In this document: one piece after another, positions 27,038 through 37,260 of the stretch
How positions within the stretch are numbered: the first letter of the stretch is position 1
Layout: each line of letters begins with the position of its first letter
Origin: a virus
Lineage: Duplodnaviria; Caudoviricetes
Direction: 5' to 3' (one strand)
Virus record (IMG/VR): IMGVR_UViG_3300021400_000154
Span: 46,615-110,614 of that record
DNA: 64,000 nt
Notes under the pieces: generated by a model
The model's input: only the letters and a program-made list of their open reading frames with translations
Databases searched by the model: none
What the model was told of the DNA's origin: nothing
Program-made: the position numbers and the translations under genes

Positions 27038-28954
27038 ATGCCTAATCTTACTTTTGCTGGCAGTCCTGCCAGTATAACCTTTGCTCAAGGAAACACTGCA
27101 AAAATCCAAAGTGAAGTATCCTGGAATATTACCTCTTATACTGCACAATATGAAATCGAGTCGTTCAGCATTCGTTTCAAAAGGCAGACTTCCGGTTATG
27201 GTGTTATTGCCATAAAAAACGGCCACGATTTCTGTTCTGCTGTCAGTTACAGCAACAAGCCTTCTACGGAAGACTATATTTTTGTGACCGTGCCGCAGAG
27301 CTACTGGGAAAACCGTACCAGCGACTCGTTCGCTTTGAGCTTCTACAGCCCGATGGCGCAGAGCGTAAGACAAATCTACAGAGAAATCAGCCTGTACATT
27401 GTGCTTAAGGCGAAAGCGTTCCCTTAGACGGCCACTGTAGACACGGTGAATGTGGGCGCTGAGCAGACAGTTACGCTCTCCAACGACTCGCTCGGTTCCT
27501 TGTCGCATAAAGTCACTTGGGCGTATGGTAGTGTAACAGGCACAGTCAACGCAAGCACCGGCAAGCCGACAGTATCCTGGGCGGTACCCTCCGACAAAGT
27601 GGAGACCGTCTGCGCGTTAAGTCCGGACAGCAGAACGGTCAGTGGTACGGTTACCGTTAACACATATCTGCCCGGCGATGGTGATAGTGTGCTGATTGGT
27701 ACTACGGCGACAACCGCAAGGCTGACGATCCCGGATGATACGGATACGAAGCCGACGATTTCAGGCACGATCACTGCTGCGAAATCAAGCGATGCGCCAA
27801 ATACGAATACTCTGCTTCAGCGGTTTACGGACGTAACACTGACGAACATCTCTGCAACGGCGAGGTATGGTGCATCAGTCCCGTCCTCGGCCTACAGGCT
27901 TGTGGTGAGAAACAACGGATCGGAAGTGTTCAGTACTGACATTACATCCGGCACAACCGTGTTTGACCATGTGGCATGGCCAGCTGGAACAAACACCGTA
28001 GCGGTGGTGGTCACGGACTCCCGTGGCATATCCAATGAAAAGACCTTGGACGTGGCGCTGACGGCTTATACGCTTCCAGCGATTACAGACATTGATGTCG
28101 CCCGGTACAGCCTGTCGAAAGATGCGCTGGATGACGAGGGCGATGCTTTTCAGGTAACCGTCTCTGCCGTGTTTGACACCAATGCCGGTGCTGGCGCAAC
28201 GCCCTATGCGGCTGTTGTTAAACAGGGCAGTACGCAAATCGCAACAGCCACAAACTCCAACAATGTTTTCGTTGTCGGAGACACCTCTCACACAACGAGT
28301 CCGGAGGAGACCTACTCAATCGAGGTCACCGTGACAGACGGGTACGGTAAGCAGACAACCCAGACGACAGAGATCGGAACCTCGGTTTATACGATCTATC
28401 GACTGGCTGGCGGTAAAGGTGTTTCGTTTGGTAAGGCTGCGGACAAGTATGGCGTGGAAGTGAACGAGGACTGGCCGTTCTATACGCACGGACAAGAGAT
28501 TCAACGAATGCTCCTGGATTATGCTCATCCGGTCGGGAGTGTATTGGAAACCCTGGATGAGGAGTTTGACCCGAATGAACAGTGGCCATGGACAAAATGG
28601 GGAAAACTGGAAGACGTGTTCCTTCTGGCATCGGGAACGAGAAGCGTACTCGATGAGGGAGGGTCTGAGACGGCATCCGTTGGTACGCAAGTTACGTTTA
28701 CGCTTGAGCCACAGAACTTGCCCAAATATTCTGTGCTTGCGGCAACGACCAGTGCGTACCCGGACGTTGGGTATAGTACATCGAATCTTCCGGCAGGATT
28801 TCCAACGTATAGTTCGAGAGCGCATAGCCAAGCGGCTGGCCATGGATATCTGGCAACCACAGCTGACGCGGAACCTGTCACCGCAACGGCCAGCGGTAGT
28901 GTCGCTACCATGCCGCCCTACCTCACTGTTAACATTTGGGTACGATCACGATAA
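27038..28954 (+). CDS. Minor tail/baseplate structural protein; TAG at 27425-27427 read through
   Basis: GAGGTG RBS; two in-frame track ORFs are joined. Thr/Val-rich beta protein with HPVGSV...DPNEQWP.TKW and MPPYLTVNIWVR motifs typical of siphophage tail-tip proteins. Confidence 0.7.
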
Positions 28955-28968
28955 AGGAGTGTGATAAA

Positions 28969-31900
28969 ATGGCTTACCAAACGCAAACCTTTACGGACAA
29001 TGAAACCGTATTGACTGCGGCGATGATGGATCATATCGAGGCCGGTATCGTCGCAAACGACCAGCGGGTAACCAGTATTCTTGGTGAATACAATGAGTAT
29101 GACCCGGCGACTGAGTATGATGAAGGTTCGGTCGTCGTACACGGCAACAAGATCTATGAGTGCGTCGAGGATGGAACCACCGGAGCCTGGGATGATACGA
29201 AATGGAGCGAAGTCCCTTTGCTGGATATAGCTCGTGAGGGAAGAGACACAGCACGTACAGACAGCGAGTATCTGGAAACGCTGGACACAGAGGTTGGCGT
29301 CCTCGCGCCTAAGACAGATGTTCTGACCTATTACAATCAAGGAACGATCAGCTCGACAACAGGAGGAACCTCCAGTTCCACCACCCGGATTCGCTCCGGG
29401 TTTATTTTCATCCAGGTGGACTCCATGGTTGTGCTGACGCCTGTTGAAGGATTTGGATGTAATGGACGACTGTACGCGACGACCGATACGAGTACGTTTG
29501 TTGAGACGTTTGGCGACGACAGTTGGTACGGTAGTGAGACACGCACAAAGATTGATGGAGGCCAGTACATTCGGATTGTCGCGAGAAGGCTGGAAGACAC
29601 GGAGATTACGCCTGAGTTCGGCACAGAAAACATCAAGATCACCGCGATCACAGAGCCTGAGAAACAGCCTACGGCAGACGATACGATTGCTTTGAATCTG
29701 ACAGAAACAACTGCATCGTATATGACCGGTAATGTCGGAGAACAGATAAACTACAGTAGTTCGTCTTCGACGACCGTGTTTAAGAACGCGGCACAGGTGA
29801 AGGCAGGAAACCGATATGCCATGTTGGTGACATACGGGGACACGATTAGCTCTGACAACGTAAGAACATCCTACATCGTCAGCCAAGGCGGCGTGGTGTT
29901 GCAGAAAGTGAACAACTGCGTTGCTGCATCCACCACTGTTAAGAGCGAGTTTGTGGCTGTAGCAGACGGGTTCCTCTATCCGAACGTAGACAACAATTAT
30001 ACAAGTATTGTGCTGAAGGGTGGGCCACTGTATGATGTGTCGCATGGCCATCATAATGAGAACTTCAACCTGATTGCTCCACTTTGTAACGTGCATGGAT
30101 CAGCCAATATCTATGGGCGGCGCATCGATGTGGACGGATGTCGCGTGAAAAAGGAACGGCTCTCCAGCGACCAATCGACCGTGACGCTCTGCGTTTCTCT
30201 GTTTGGCGACCAGTTCCACTATTGGAACGCGGGTTACTCTATCAGTGATGATGCTATCATCGGGCAAGGTCTACAGGACAGCGATTTCGTGCCAATCCCC
30301 AATTGGCTAAAAGTAGCAGATGTGAAAGATTACATCTTCCATGCTGTCGTAACTTGGCGGAGCGCTGGTCCAGGAACGAACGGAAGACTTCTGTTCTTCA
30401 CGAAAGACTCTGAAGGAACAATTACTTACAGTGCTCGATTGAATGTTTCAAGTTATACAGATGAATATAGAGGTAACCTTACTTACCTTCTTGCGCCTGG
30501 GTTTCTGGCAACTGCGATAGCCAATGACAATATTGCTTTCGTCTATTATAATCCGAACTCCCAGACTATTACTGATCAGGAGTTTTACTTCAGTATCGAA
30601 AGAGCAGTTGCTCCAACGGAATATCTTGCACCTCCGGAAAGTTACACCGCTGAAAACGCGCATGAGGTTGGTGATTTGATTACCTATGGCTCAAGGCTCT
30701 GCAAGGTAACGAGTCCTATTGCAACAGGCGAAACAACAAGCGCCAAAATTGAGGACACTTCTGTCGCCGCAGAACTGGCCAGCAGAGATAATGCGATTGT
30801 GACAGACAAGACCGCGATTCTTGACGGTAGCGGGTATGTCGACTGGGGCTGGGTTCCCGGAGAGCAGACCGTAACCGTGGCTGGCGTGACTGTGACCCGG
30901 AACGGGAACAGGGTCAAGCTGAACGGCGTGTCTACCGGGAACTTCTTCGTTCGCATGGTGGGCAATCTGCTGGCACAGACATCCTCCCCAACTGCCGCGC
31001 AGGTGATTGCCGGATGCCATACCACCGCGGGGCATGAGTACCAGTATCAGCTTCGGCTGACGGGCGGTTCGGCGGCGCTTAACACGGCACACTCGGTTAG
31101 TTTATCGCTGGCCGTGTCTTCGTACAAGGCAGGATCAACCAATTCCTTCGCAAATCACCATGCCCAGCGCATCGAAGAAGAGGGCTGGGCCCTGCGGGAC
31201 TTCACCAGCGATGATGGCGCAGATTTGTCCGTGTGGCTGTGGTGCGCGACAGGGACTACCTTCACGAACGCAGAGTACGAACTGACCCTGTTGGATGTTA
31301 CAGCGGCAGAACAGACCGACCATGCCACCACCATGGCGAGAGCCGCTCTTGCGACAAAGCCTGGTGCGATCCCGGTTGAGGCATACGGCAAGCCGGGGTC
31401 TATCATGACGAACAACAAGGTTCGGGTTTCCAAGGGCTGGGGTAACCGGGTTCGCGTAGACGCGATCGGCAACACAAGCACATATGCGATGGTGTCCATT
31501 CAAAATGGCGTGAAATTCCTGAACAATTGGACTCTGAGCAACGACATGGTGGAATTGGATCTCGAACCGTTCCATGCCTATAAATTGACGGCACGGTACA
31601 TCTCCGGCACGGTGGCACAGGTAGGCAATGCTGACTCGGTTTTGGTCTGGATGAGGAAGAGAGAAAGCGAATCCTCCCCACAAGCACCTAACTTTACCGA
31701 ACACATGATTGCCGACATTAACAACGGAATTACTGAATGGAACTCAATTTGTTGCTTCTCCGATCCGTGCAAGATCGGATTCGGCTTCTACTTCCGTGGT
31801 CTTACCGCTGACGCGCTGATCATTGAGTTCCTGTGCGAGGAGATTCCTGACATTTCCAGCATCGCACCGGTTGACTCCACAACTGCCGCCAGCAACCACG

Positions 31901-32727
31901 CCGTCGGCGACCTGCTGACCAATAAGGGCCAGCTTTACAAGGCCACACAGGCAATTGCAACAGGGGAAATCATCACACCTGGAACGAACGTAGCGTCCAC
32001 CACTGTCGCCGCAGAACTGGCCAGCAGAGATGCCGCGATTGCGGCAGAGGTTGAGGCGAGGGAAAACCAGGACACGCTTATTTCAGACACGCTGCAAAGG
32101 CTTTCGTTGACCCCGTTTGAGAAAAGGCTGTTCACGACATGTGAGCGAAACATCGTAGTTAATACGGGTGTAAACCACCGTATTGCAAATGTTGTGTACA
32201 ACTCAATAAACAGTTTAGGCGAAGATCGCTCAGGATCAACATACCGTACAGTCTGGCTGACGGGCGACGATCCCGGCCCAAACGGGCAAATAACCTCGAT
32301 GATCTCATTTCGAAGGAGTCGATTTGCCCATTTTACTGTTTCCAATACAGAACAAAAAAAGTTAATCATATCTGCGCATCGTGTTGGGCTTACTGACTCA
32401 AGTTTTTCAAATGCATTCAGTAATCCACCTGAGTTTTTTGTACTTACTTATGATCCGGCAACAGATCTTGTCTATTGGTTCGTCGCTGCGCCGCCTGCGC
32501 TTGAAGTCAGTGATAATGAATACGGCTTTTCACAAAGCCTGGCATATGGAAACATCGCTATTGCAGTTCAGTTCAGAAGACCAACGCAAACTATAGACTG
32601 GAGATTCAACGTCAATGTTGCGAGAAAAGACTTGTCGCCTTACATTGAAGATGTTCCAGAAAAAGAGTTTTCAAGCTCCGGAAAGTATATCACACAAGAT
32701 GAATTCTCGCCGGAAACCACGACCTGA
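28969..32727 (+). CDS. Modular tail fibre / receptor-binding protein
   Basis: AAGGAG RBS; ~1,252 aa. Repeated linker (HxVGDL...LxKxTxxIATGE...SVAAELASRD). Contains no TAG. Confidence 0.6.
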   Translation: MAYQTQTFTDNETVLTAAMMDHIEAGIVANDQRVTSILGEYNEYDPATEYDEGSVVVHGNKIYECVEDGTTGAWDDTKWSEVPLLDIAREGRDTARTDSEYLETLDTEVGVLAPKTDVLTYYNQGTISSTTGGTSSSTTRIRSGFIFIQVDSMVVLTPVEGFGCNGRLYATTDTSTFVETFGDDSWYGSETRTKIDGGQYIRIVARRLEDTEITPEFGTENIKITAITEPEKQPTADDTIALNLTETTASYMTGNVGEQINYSSSSSTTVFKNAAQVKAGNRYAMLVTYGDTISSDNVRTSYIVSQGGVVLQKVNNCVAASTTVKSEFVAVADGFLYPNVDNNYTSIVLKGGPLYDVSHGHHNENFNLIAPLCNVHGSANIYGRRIDVDGCRVKKERLSSDQSTVTLCVSLFGDQFHYWNAGYSISDDAIIGQGLQDSDFVPIPNWLKVADVKDYIFHAVVTWRSAGPGTNGRLLFFTKDSEGTITYSARLNVSSYTDEYRGNLTYLLAPGFLATAIANDNIAFVYYNPNSQTITDQEFYFSIERAVAPTEYLAPPESYTAENAHEVGDLITYGSRLCKVTSPIATGETTSAKIEDTSVAAELASRDNAIVTDKTAILDGSGYVDWGWVPGEQTVTVAGVTVTRNGNRVKLNGVSTGNFFVRMVGNLLAQTSSPTAAQVIAGCHTTAGHEYQYQLRLTGGSAALNTAHSVSLSLAVSSYKAGSTNSFANHHAQRIEEEGWALRDFTSDDGADLSVWLWCATGTTFTNAEYELTLLDVTAAEQTDHATTMARAALATKPGAIPVEAYGKPGSIMTNNKVRVSKGWGNRVRVDAIGNTSTYAMVSIQNGVKFLNNWTLSNDMVELDLEPFHAYKLTARYISGTVAQVGNADSVLVWMRKRESESSPQAPNFTEHMIADINNGITEWNSICCFSDPCKIGFGFYFRGLTADALIIEFLCEEIPDISSIAPVDSTTAASNHAVGDLLTNKGQLYKATQAIATGEIITPGTNVASTTVAAELASRDAAIAAEVEARENQDTLISDTLQRLSLTPFEKRLFTTCERNIVVNTGVNHRIANVVYNSINSLGEDRSGSTYRTVWLTGDDPGPNGQITSMISFRRSRFAHFTVSNTEQKKLIISAHRVGLTDSSFSNAFSNPPEFFVLTYDPATDLVYWFVAAPPALEVSDNEYGFSQSLAYGNIAIAVQFRRPTQTIDWRFNVNVARKDLSPYIEDVPEKEFSSSGKYITQDEFSPETTT
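30761..32031 (+). repeat. 29-bp exact direct repeat (30761-30789 and 32003-32031)
   Basis: CTGTCGCCGCAGAACTGGCCAGCAGAGAT occurs twice, in the same frame. Confidence 0.9.
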
Positions 32728-32748
32728 CAACGAAAGGAGTAATGACTT

Positions 32749-33015
32749 ATGTATCAGTATTACATCATCGAGATCACCCGTAACCAGCAGGGCGCGTATG
32801 CCCACAATGTCTACTGGGTATATGACGCGAACCAGGACACTGCTCGTCTGAAGGGCGAGGCCAAGTGGCATGAACTGCTGGCTGCTGCGGCTGTCAGCAC
32901 CCATCTCACCCACAGCGTGACTCTGCTCTCTGACGAGGGCGTGACCCTGCTTCAGAAGGTGTACAAGCACCCCTACATTGAGACTCCAGAACCCGAGCAG
33001 GAGGAAGCCGAGTAA
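32749..33015 (+). CDS. Hypothetical protein
   Basis: AAAGGAG RBS; phage-like codon usage. Confidence 0.7.
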   Translation: MYQYYIIEITRNQQGAYAHNVYWVYDANQDTARLKGEAKWHELLAAAAVSTHLTHSVTLLSDEGVTLLQKVYKHPYIETPEPEQEEAE

Positions 33016-33025
33016 CAACTTTACG

Positions 33026-33072
33026 GATTCTCTCCGTCAGATGGCATAAAACACTGTCTGGCGGAGAGAATC
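33026..33072 (+). terminator. Long stem-loop
   Basis: GATTCTCTCCGTCAGA...TCTGGCGGAGAGAATC inverted repeat between genes. Confidence 0.6.
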
Positions 33073-33085
33073 GCTGTATTCAGAG

Positions 33086-33598
33086 GTGATGCGAATGAAC
33101 GGAAAAACAACCCACGTCCTCTTCCATGGAGAGCGTGTTACCGAGTCCCCTCAGCTTTATCAGTATGACTATGGCCAGAGCCTGGTGTTCGACGACATCA
33201 CCTTGCCGGAAATCTACGAGGTGCTGTTCAGCAACGGCATTACGCAGGAGGCCAAGACGGTGCTAGGCAATGCGGATGGCGTCCAGATCCCGGACGAATA
33301 TCTGACCACAGGCAAGAATGTGCTGGCGTGGATCTTCCTCCACGACGGCGATGATGACGGCGAGACCGAGTATGTGATCCGGATCCCGATCCGTCCCCGC
33401 TCTGGGCTCTCAGACGATGAGATCACCGAGGAAGAGCACAGCATTGTGTCAGACCTGATCGCACTGGTGGACAGCATGAAGGAAACGCTCTCTGCTTATG
33501 AGACGAGGATTCACACTCTGGAGGAAAGGATTCCGGCACTTGGCGGCTGGAAAAACAACGGAGGTGAGACCGATGATTCAACCGCAGGATCTGATTGA
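33086..33598 (+). CDS. BppU-like baseplate/tail-associated protein
   Basis: QLYQYDYGQSL and VQIPDEYL motifs. Exact start uncertain. Confidence 0.5.
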   Translation: MMRMNGKTTHVLFHGERVTESPQLYQYDYGQSLVFDDITLPEIYEVLFSNGITQEAKTVLGNADGVQIPDEYLTTGKNVLAWIFLHDGDDDGETEYVIRIPIRPRSGLSDDEITEEEHSIVSDLIALVDSMKETLSAYETRIHTLEERIPALGGWKNNGGETDDSTAGSD

Positions 33599-34391
33599 AC
33601 TGTTCCAGAAGGCGTATACGGAGCGCTGGGGCTACATCTGGGGAACCGCAGGAGAGACCTGGACAGAAGAGAAACAGGCTGACGCGGTCAAGCAATACCA
33701 TCTGGCTGAAGCGAACAAAGGCAACGTCAGCCGCTGGAAGATGACGGCGCAGTACGGTGCCAAGTGGATCAACCGCAGAGTCGCTGACTGCTCCGGCCTC
33801 TTCTCCTGGGCCTTCAAACAGCTGAAGGGCTATATGCCCCACGGCAGCAACAGCATGTTTAAACAATACACGACAGCCAACGGCAAGATCGTCGGTGGTC
33901 GCAAGGAAAACGGAGAAGCTCTGGCTCCGGCAACAGCAGTGTTCAAGTACAACGACAAGGACGGCTACTACCATGTAGGCCTGTGCATCGACGGCACCAA
34001 GGTGATCGAAGCACAAGGTACACAGGCCGGTGTGACGATCTCCGACGTGAAGAAGTGGCACTACTGGGGCGAACTCAAGGGCGTGAACTATAAAACGGAG
34101 GTGAAGCCTATGGAGTATCAGAAGGCGGTTGTCATCGCGGATGGCGGTGTAAACTTCAGGTCTGGCAAATCCACCAGCGCCACCAAGATCGACGTGATCC
34201 CCAAGGGTGCAGAGATCGAGGCGGCTGATGCTGGTAATGGCTGGAGCCAGGTCAAGTACAACGGTCGGACAGGCTACTGCATGTCCAAGTATATCAAGTA
34301 TGGAGAAGCGGCTTCCGACAACGAGGCCGTGAACATCATCAACAACATCATCAAGGAGCTTGGGCAGCTGAAGGAAATGCTCGAGCCGTAA
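33573..34391 (+). CDS. Endolysin, NlpC/P60-type peptidase + SH3b
   Basis: GYIWG, ADCSGL and HVGL motifs; C-terminal VNFRSGKST...GWSQVKYNGRTGY. GGAGGTG RBS. Confidence 0.85.
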   Translation: MIQPQDLIELFQKAYTERWGYIWGTAGETWTEEKQADAVKQYHLAEANKGNVSRWKMTAQYGAKWINRRVADCSGLFSWAFKQLKGYMPHGSNSMFKQYTTANGKIVGGRKENGEALAPATAVFKYNDKDGYYHVGLCIDGTKVIEAQGTQAGVTISDVKKWHYWGELKGVNYKTEVKPMEYQKAVVIADGGVNFRSGKSTSATKIDVIPKGAEIEAADAGNGWSQVKYNGRTGYCMSKYIKYGEAASDNEAVNIINNIIKELGQLKEMLEP

Positions 34392-34406
34392 CAGGAGGTG
34401 GATCCC

Positions 34407-34805
34407 ATGGAGCAGATCAGCGGATGGCTTTTCTCGGTAAGGGATCTGCTGACAGCGTTGGTCGCTGTGGTGACGGCTGTCGGTGTGATCTATGGATGGG
34501 TCATCAAACCCATCAAACGTCAACAGGAACTCGACAAACTGCAATCCGAAAAAATCGACAAACTTGTGGTCGCTGTGGATGAACTGAAGAAACAGGTCGA
34601 TGCGAATCAAGCTGAGTACGTTCGAGACAGACTTCAGACCATGCATGAAAAATATTGTAACGAGCTTGGATGGGCTTCAGCAGAAGAGAAGCGGCGGATC
34701 GTTGACTGGTACGAAGACTACCGGAGGCGCGGCTACAACCATCTGGCAGAAACTTATGCAGAAGATATTGTGAAGCTTCCGGAGCGGCCTCCTGTGAAGG
34801 AGTGA
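34407..34805 (+). CDS. Membrane protein of the lysis cassette (holin-like)
   Basis: One N-terminal TM helix, a coiled coil and a Y..RGYN C-terminal motif. Confidence 0.55.
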   Translation: MEQISGWLFSVRDLLTALVAVVTAVGVIYGWVIKPIKRQQELDKLQSEKIDKLVVAVDELKKQVDANQAEYVRDRLQTMHEKYCNELGWASAEEKRRIVDWYEDYRRRGYNHLAETYAEDIVKLPERPPVKE

Positions 34806-35101
34806 TCCGCATGTACGACAAGGACTATATCCAGTATTCCAAACGATTCACAAAGTGGGGCATGATCATGATCGGTGTGGTCATGATTCTGTGCCTTGGG
34901 ATTATCGCGTTCTGCAACTTGCCACAGTACTCCATCCAGAGCATTGTCTCGCTGTACTCCGCTTTTGCGACCGTGCTGGGCATCACGATTGGTGCCTATC
35001 AGGGGAACTCGTCTCTGGAAAAATGGACGAGGGCGAAGTATCAGTATGAGGAACTGATGCAGAGCGAGCCGATTGATTCGGACGAACCGTCAAACGGTTG
35101 A
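34802..35101 (+). CDS. Two-TM membrane protein of the lysis cassette
   Basis: Two hydrophobic segments. Confidence 0.55.
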   Translation: MIRMYDKDYIQYSKRFTKWGMIMIGVVMILCLGIIAFCNLPQYSIQSIVSLYSAFATVLGITIGAYQGNSSLEKWTRAKYQYEELMQSEPIDSDEPSNG

Positions 35102-35247
35102 TTTTCTCCTGCTTTAGACTTATAAACATATAGAGTTTATGCGGGTTTCAGAGGGCCCGAATATCGCAGATGGGTATTTATTCCTGAAACCCATAAAACA
35201 CAGTTTCAAGGCAGGAGATTCTAATAAGTTATTAGGAGGCGTTATCA

Positions 35248-35565
35248 ATGGATTGGACAACCATTATTGTGCTGGCGATTGGCCTGGTGTTTACTGTTCT
35301 GACCGGCGTGGCTGTGAAGCATGTGATTCCTTGGCTGAAGGAACGCCAGCTGTACGATGCTGCCATGATTGCCGTGAACGCAGCTGAGGCTGTGTATGGT
35401 CGTTATCATGGCGAGGAGAAGCTGGCTGCTGCGCTGAAGTAGCTGGCCGACAAGGGCTTCGATGTTAAGTCCGATGTCGTGATCGAGGCGCTGAACGCTG
35501 CCTGGAAAGAGATGGACAGGGCGATGATTGACGCTGGAGAGAAAGAGATCGTGAAGGCGGAGTAA
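35248..35565 (+). CDS. Holin (LL-H-like); TAG at 35440-35442 read through
   Basis: N-terminal TM, AVNAAEAVYG..GEEKL, then LADKGF...IEALNAAWKEM after the TAG. Ends in TAA directly before a terminator. Confidence 0.75.
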
Positions 35566-35569
35566 CGGA

Positions 35570-35610
35570 TAAAAAAGGGCTACCTCTCATATGTCGTAAT
35601 GACACATGGG
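35570..35610. terminator. Bidirectional terminator between convergent operons
   Basis: AAAAAAGGGCTACC...GGTAGCCCTTTTTT inverted repeat. The right arm and T-tract extend to ~35625. Confidence 0.7.
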
Positions 35611-35755
35611 CGGTAGCCCTTTTTATTTCTTCCCAGATTCTACATGGGAAGATGGATTTTTCAATCCTGGAGAACGAATAATGGCTTTCGAAAGCATACA
35701 CTCAGTGGGTGTTTTCGAAAACCATTATTGACAACAACACTCGCTGCGGTGGTCT

Positions 35756-35800
35756 GGTCTGCAAAACCTTCACTCCCCGGTTCAAATCCGGGTGGCACCT
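35756..35800 (+). other. Putative attP core: 3' half of tRNA-Cys(GCA)
   Basis: GGTCTGCAAAACCTTCACTCCCCGGTTCAAATCCGGGTGGCACCT provides anticodon arm, T arm and 3' acceptor strand. There is no D arm or 5' acceptor strand. It lies ~110 bp downstream of the integrase. Confidence 0.8.
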
Positions 35801-35907
35801 CTTCTGGGTCGAAGCATGTAACATCTGGTATTTGCGATTGGGACAGAGTTTACTGCTTCGTTTCAGTGAGCATCGGTTGCGACCGGTGCTCTTTTTGTCT
35901 TTTCTGG

Positions 35908-36879
35908 TTAGCCGGTTAAGGCGGCATACATCTCATCGAAACCGTCCCCTCTCAGGCTGACGTAGATGTTCATGGTGACGCCGATGTCTGAGTGCCCGAG
36001 AAGCTTGGAGAGAACTTTGACATCAACGTTTTTGTAGTAACAGTTGGTCGCAAAGGTATGCCGGAAGGCATGGGCTCCTCTGTACTCTACTCCTGCTGCC
36101 TTGCATACCTGGCGAATGTGTTTCGCAAGATTGTTGTAGCTGAGCCAAGAGTCTCCTGTTCCCGGAAACACCCATGTACTGTTCAACGGCTTCAGCCTTT
36201 GCAGGAGTTCGATTGCCTTTGGAGTCAGAGGAACTGTGCGATTGCTGGCCTTGGACTTTGCGCTTGGTTGATACGCGCAAGAAGTTTTTCCTGATGGATT
36301 CAGAATGGTGGCTTCCACGCGAAGCCGCTTGCGCTGGATGTCGATCTTGTCCCAGCGAAGTGCCAGGACTTCCCCTGCTCTCAGGCCTGTCTCAAGCATC
36401 AGACCGATGGCGATCACTGCCGGATGGTTCTTTGTCTCGATGACATTCCAGATGCGTTTCTGCTCTTCCTCTGTGTAGGGCTCCACGACTTTGGTGTGCT
36501 TCTGTAGCTTCTCATCATTGGGAAGTCTGACGCCAGCGGAAGGATCAGCAGGGATCAGATGCATGGCAGCCGCTTGTCTGAGGGGCGCAGTCACGATCTG
36601 CATCTGCTTTTTTATTGTGGATAAGCCATACCCTTTCTGGGCAAGCTCGTTGATGTAGAGCTGGATATGGAAAGCAGTAATGTCCTTGATCTGCATTGTT
36701 GCTATCCTGTGCTTCAACAAGGATTTGTATGAGCACAGCAGCCTGTTCAGCGTTGCAGATTTGACGGATCCTGCCTTGAACATATCGAGCCAAGACTTGA
36801 CATAGTCTGCGAGAATCATGGATGGATACATGTTCACATCTCCTATTTCTTCGCAGCGAGTGAAGTTGTCAAGGTTCAT
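35908..36879 (-). CDS. int: Tyrosine integrase
   Basis: TGLRAGEVLALRW, HAFRHTFAT and LLGHSDIGVTMNIY motifs. AGGAGG RBS before ATG 36879. Confidence 0.93.
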   Translation of the reverse strand: MNLDNFTRCEEIGDVNMYPSMILADYVKSWLDMFKAGSVKSATLNRLLCSYKSLLKHRIATMQIKDITAFHIQLYINELAQKGYGLSTIKKQMQIVTAPLRQAAAMHLIPADPSAGVRLPNDEKLQKHTKVVEPYTEEEQKRIWNVIETKNHPAVIAIGLMLETGLRAGEVLALRWDKIDIQRKRLRVEATILNPSGKTSCAYQPSAKSKASNRTVPLTPKAIELLQRLKPLNSTWVFPGTGDSWLSYNNLAKHIRQVCKAAGVEYRGAHAFRHTFATNCYYKNVDVKVLSKLLGHSDIGVTMNIYVSLRGDGFDEMYAALTG

Positions 36880-36903
36880 AGCAGTCCTCCTTTTAAAAAA
36901 TAA

Positions 36904-36948
36904 GGGCTGCCATACTGGTATTATACCAGACATGACAGCCTATGTAAA
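36904..36948 (-). promoter_or_regulatory. Integrase promoter embedded in a terminator hairpin
   Basis: TTTACA (36943-48)-17 nt-TATAAT (36920-25) with an extended TG. The same bases form a hairpin followed by a T-tract on the - strand. Confidence 0.65.
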
Positions 36949-36950
36949 GG

Positions 36951-37259
36951 TTAAGCTAAACCACATACAGACCTGTCGCCGTTATGCGAACACAGATCCT
37001 GTTCTTTTGTCGCCCAGCAAACTCCCTGTCCATATATGACATTGTAATAAGGGCACATTTCGTGCTCTTTCGGCGAAGAGGGATTGCGCATCTACATAAG
37101 AATGTTTTCGATCTTAATCGCAACTGTCACAGGGATCTTCACATGTTCGTCATTCGTATCAAATGCCGTGTCGATTGCCCTGCTCAGCAAGCGCAGCGCA
37201 GTCTCAGGCTCAATCGTTTTTCGCTGACTTTCAGTGTTTATTCGCTGACTTTCAGTCAT
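36951..37259 (-). CDS. Hypothetical Cys-rich protein (TAG at 37092-37094 read through)
   Basis: GGAGGTG RBS; MTESQRINTESQRK...NILM*MRNP...CPYY...CWATKE.DLC...C-TAA. Not in the ORF track. Confidence 0.6.
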
Positions 37260-37260
37260 T

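Noticed and set aside
28969-33015. Diversity-generating retroelement acting on the tail fibre
   Set aside because: No reverse transcriptase and no adenine-mismatched TR/VR pair seen; the repeat found is short and exact.
28918-34646. Long antisense ORFs such as 28918-30096 and 33423-34646
   Set aside because: Shadows of well-supported + strand genes.
35730-35802. Complete tRNA-Cys gene
   Set aside because: No 5' acceptor strand or D arm; better explained as an att core.
37219-37257. TTCGCTGACTTTCAGT tandem repeat as an integrase arm or operator site
   Set aside because: It corresponds to a duplicated TESQR peptide at the start of the 36951-37259 gene, and there is no copy near attP.
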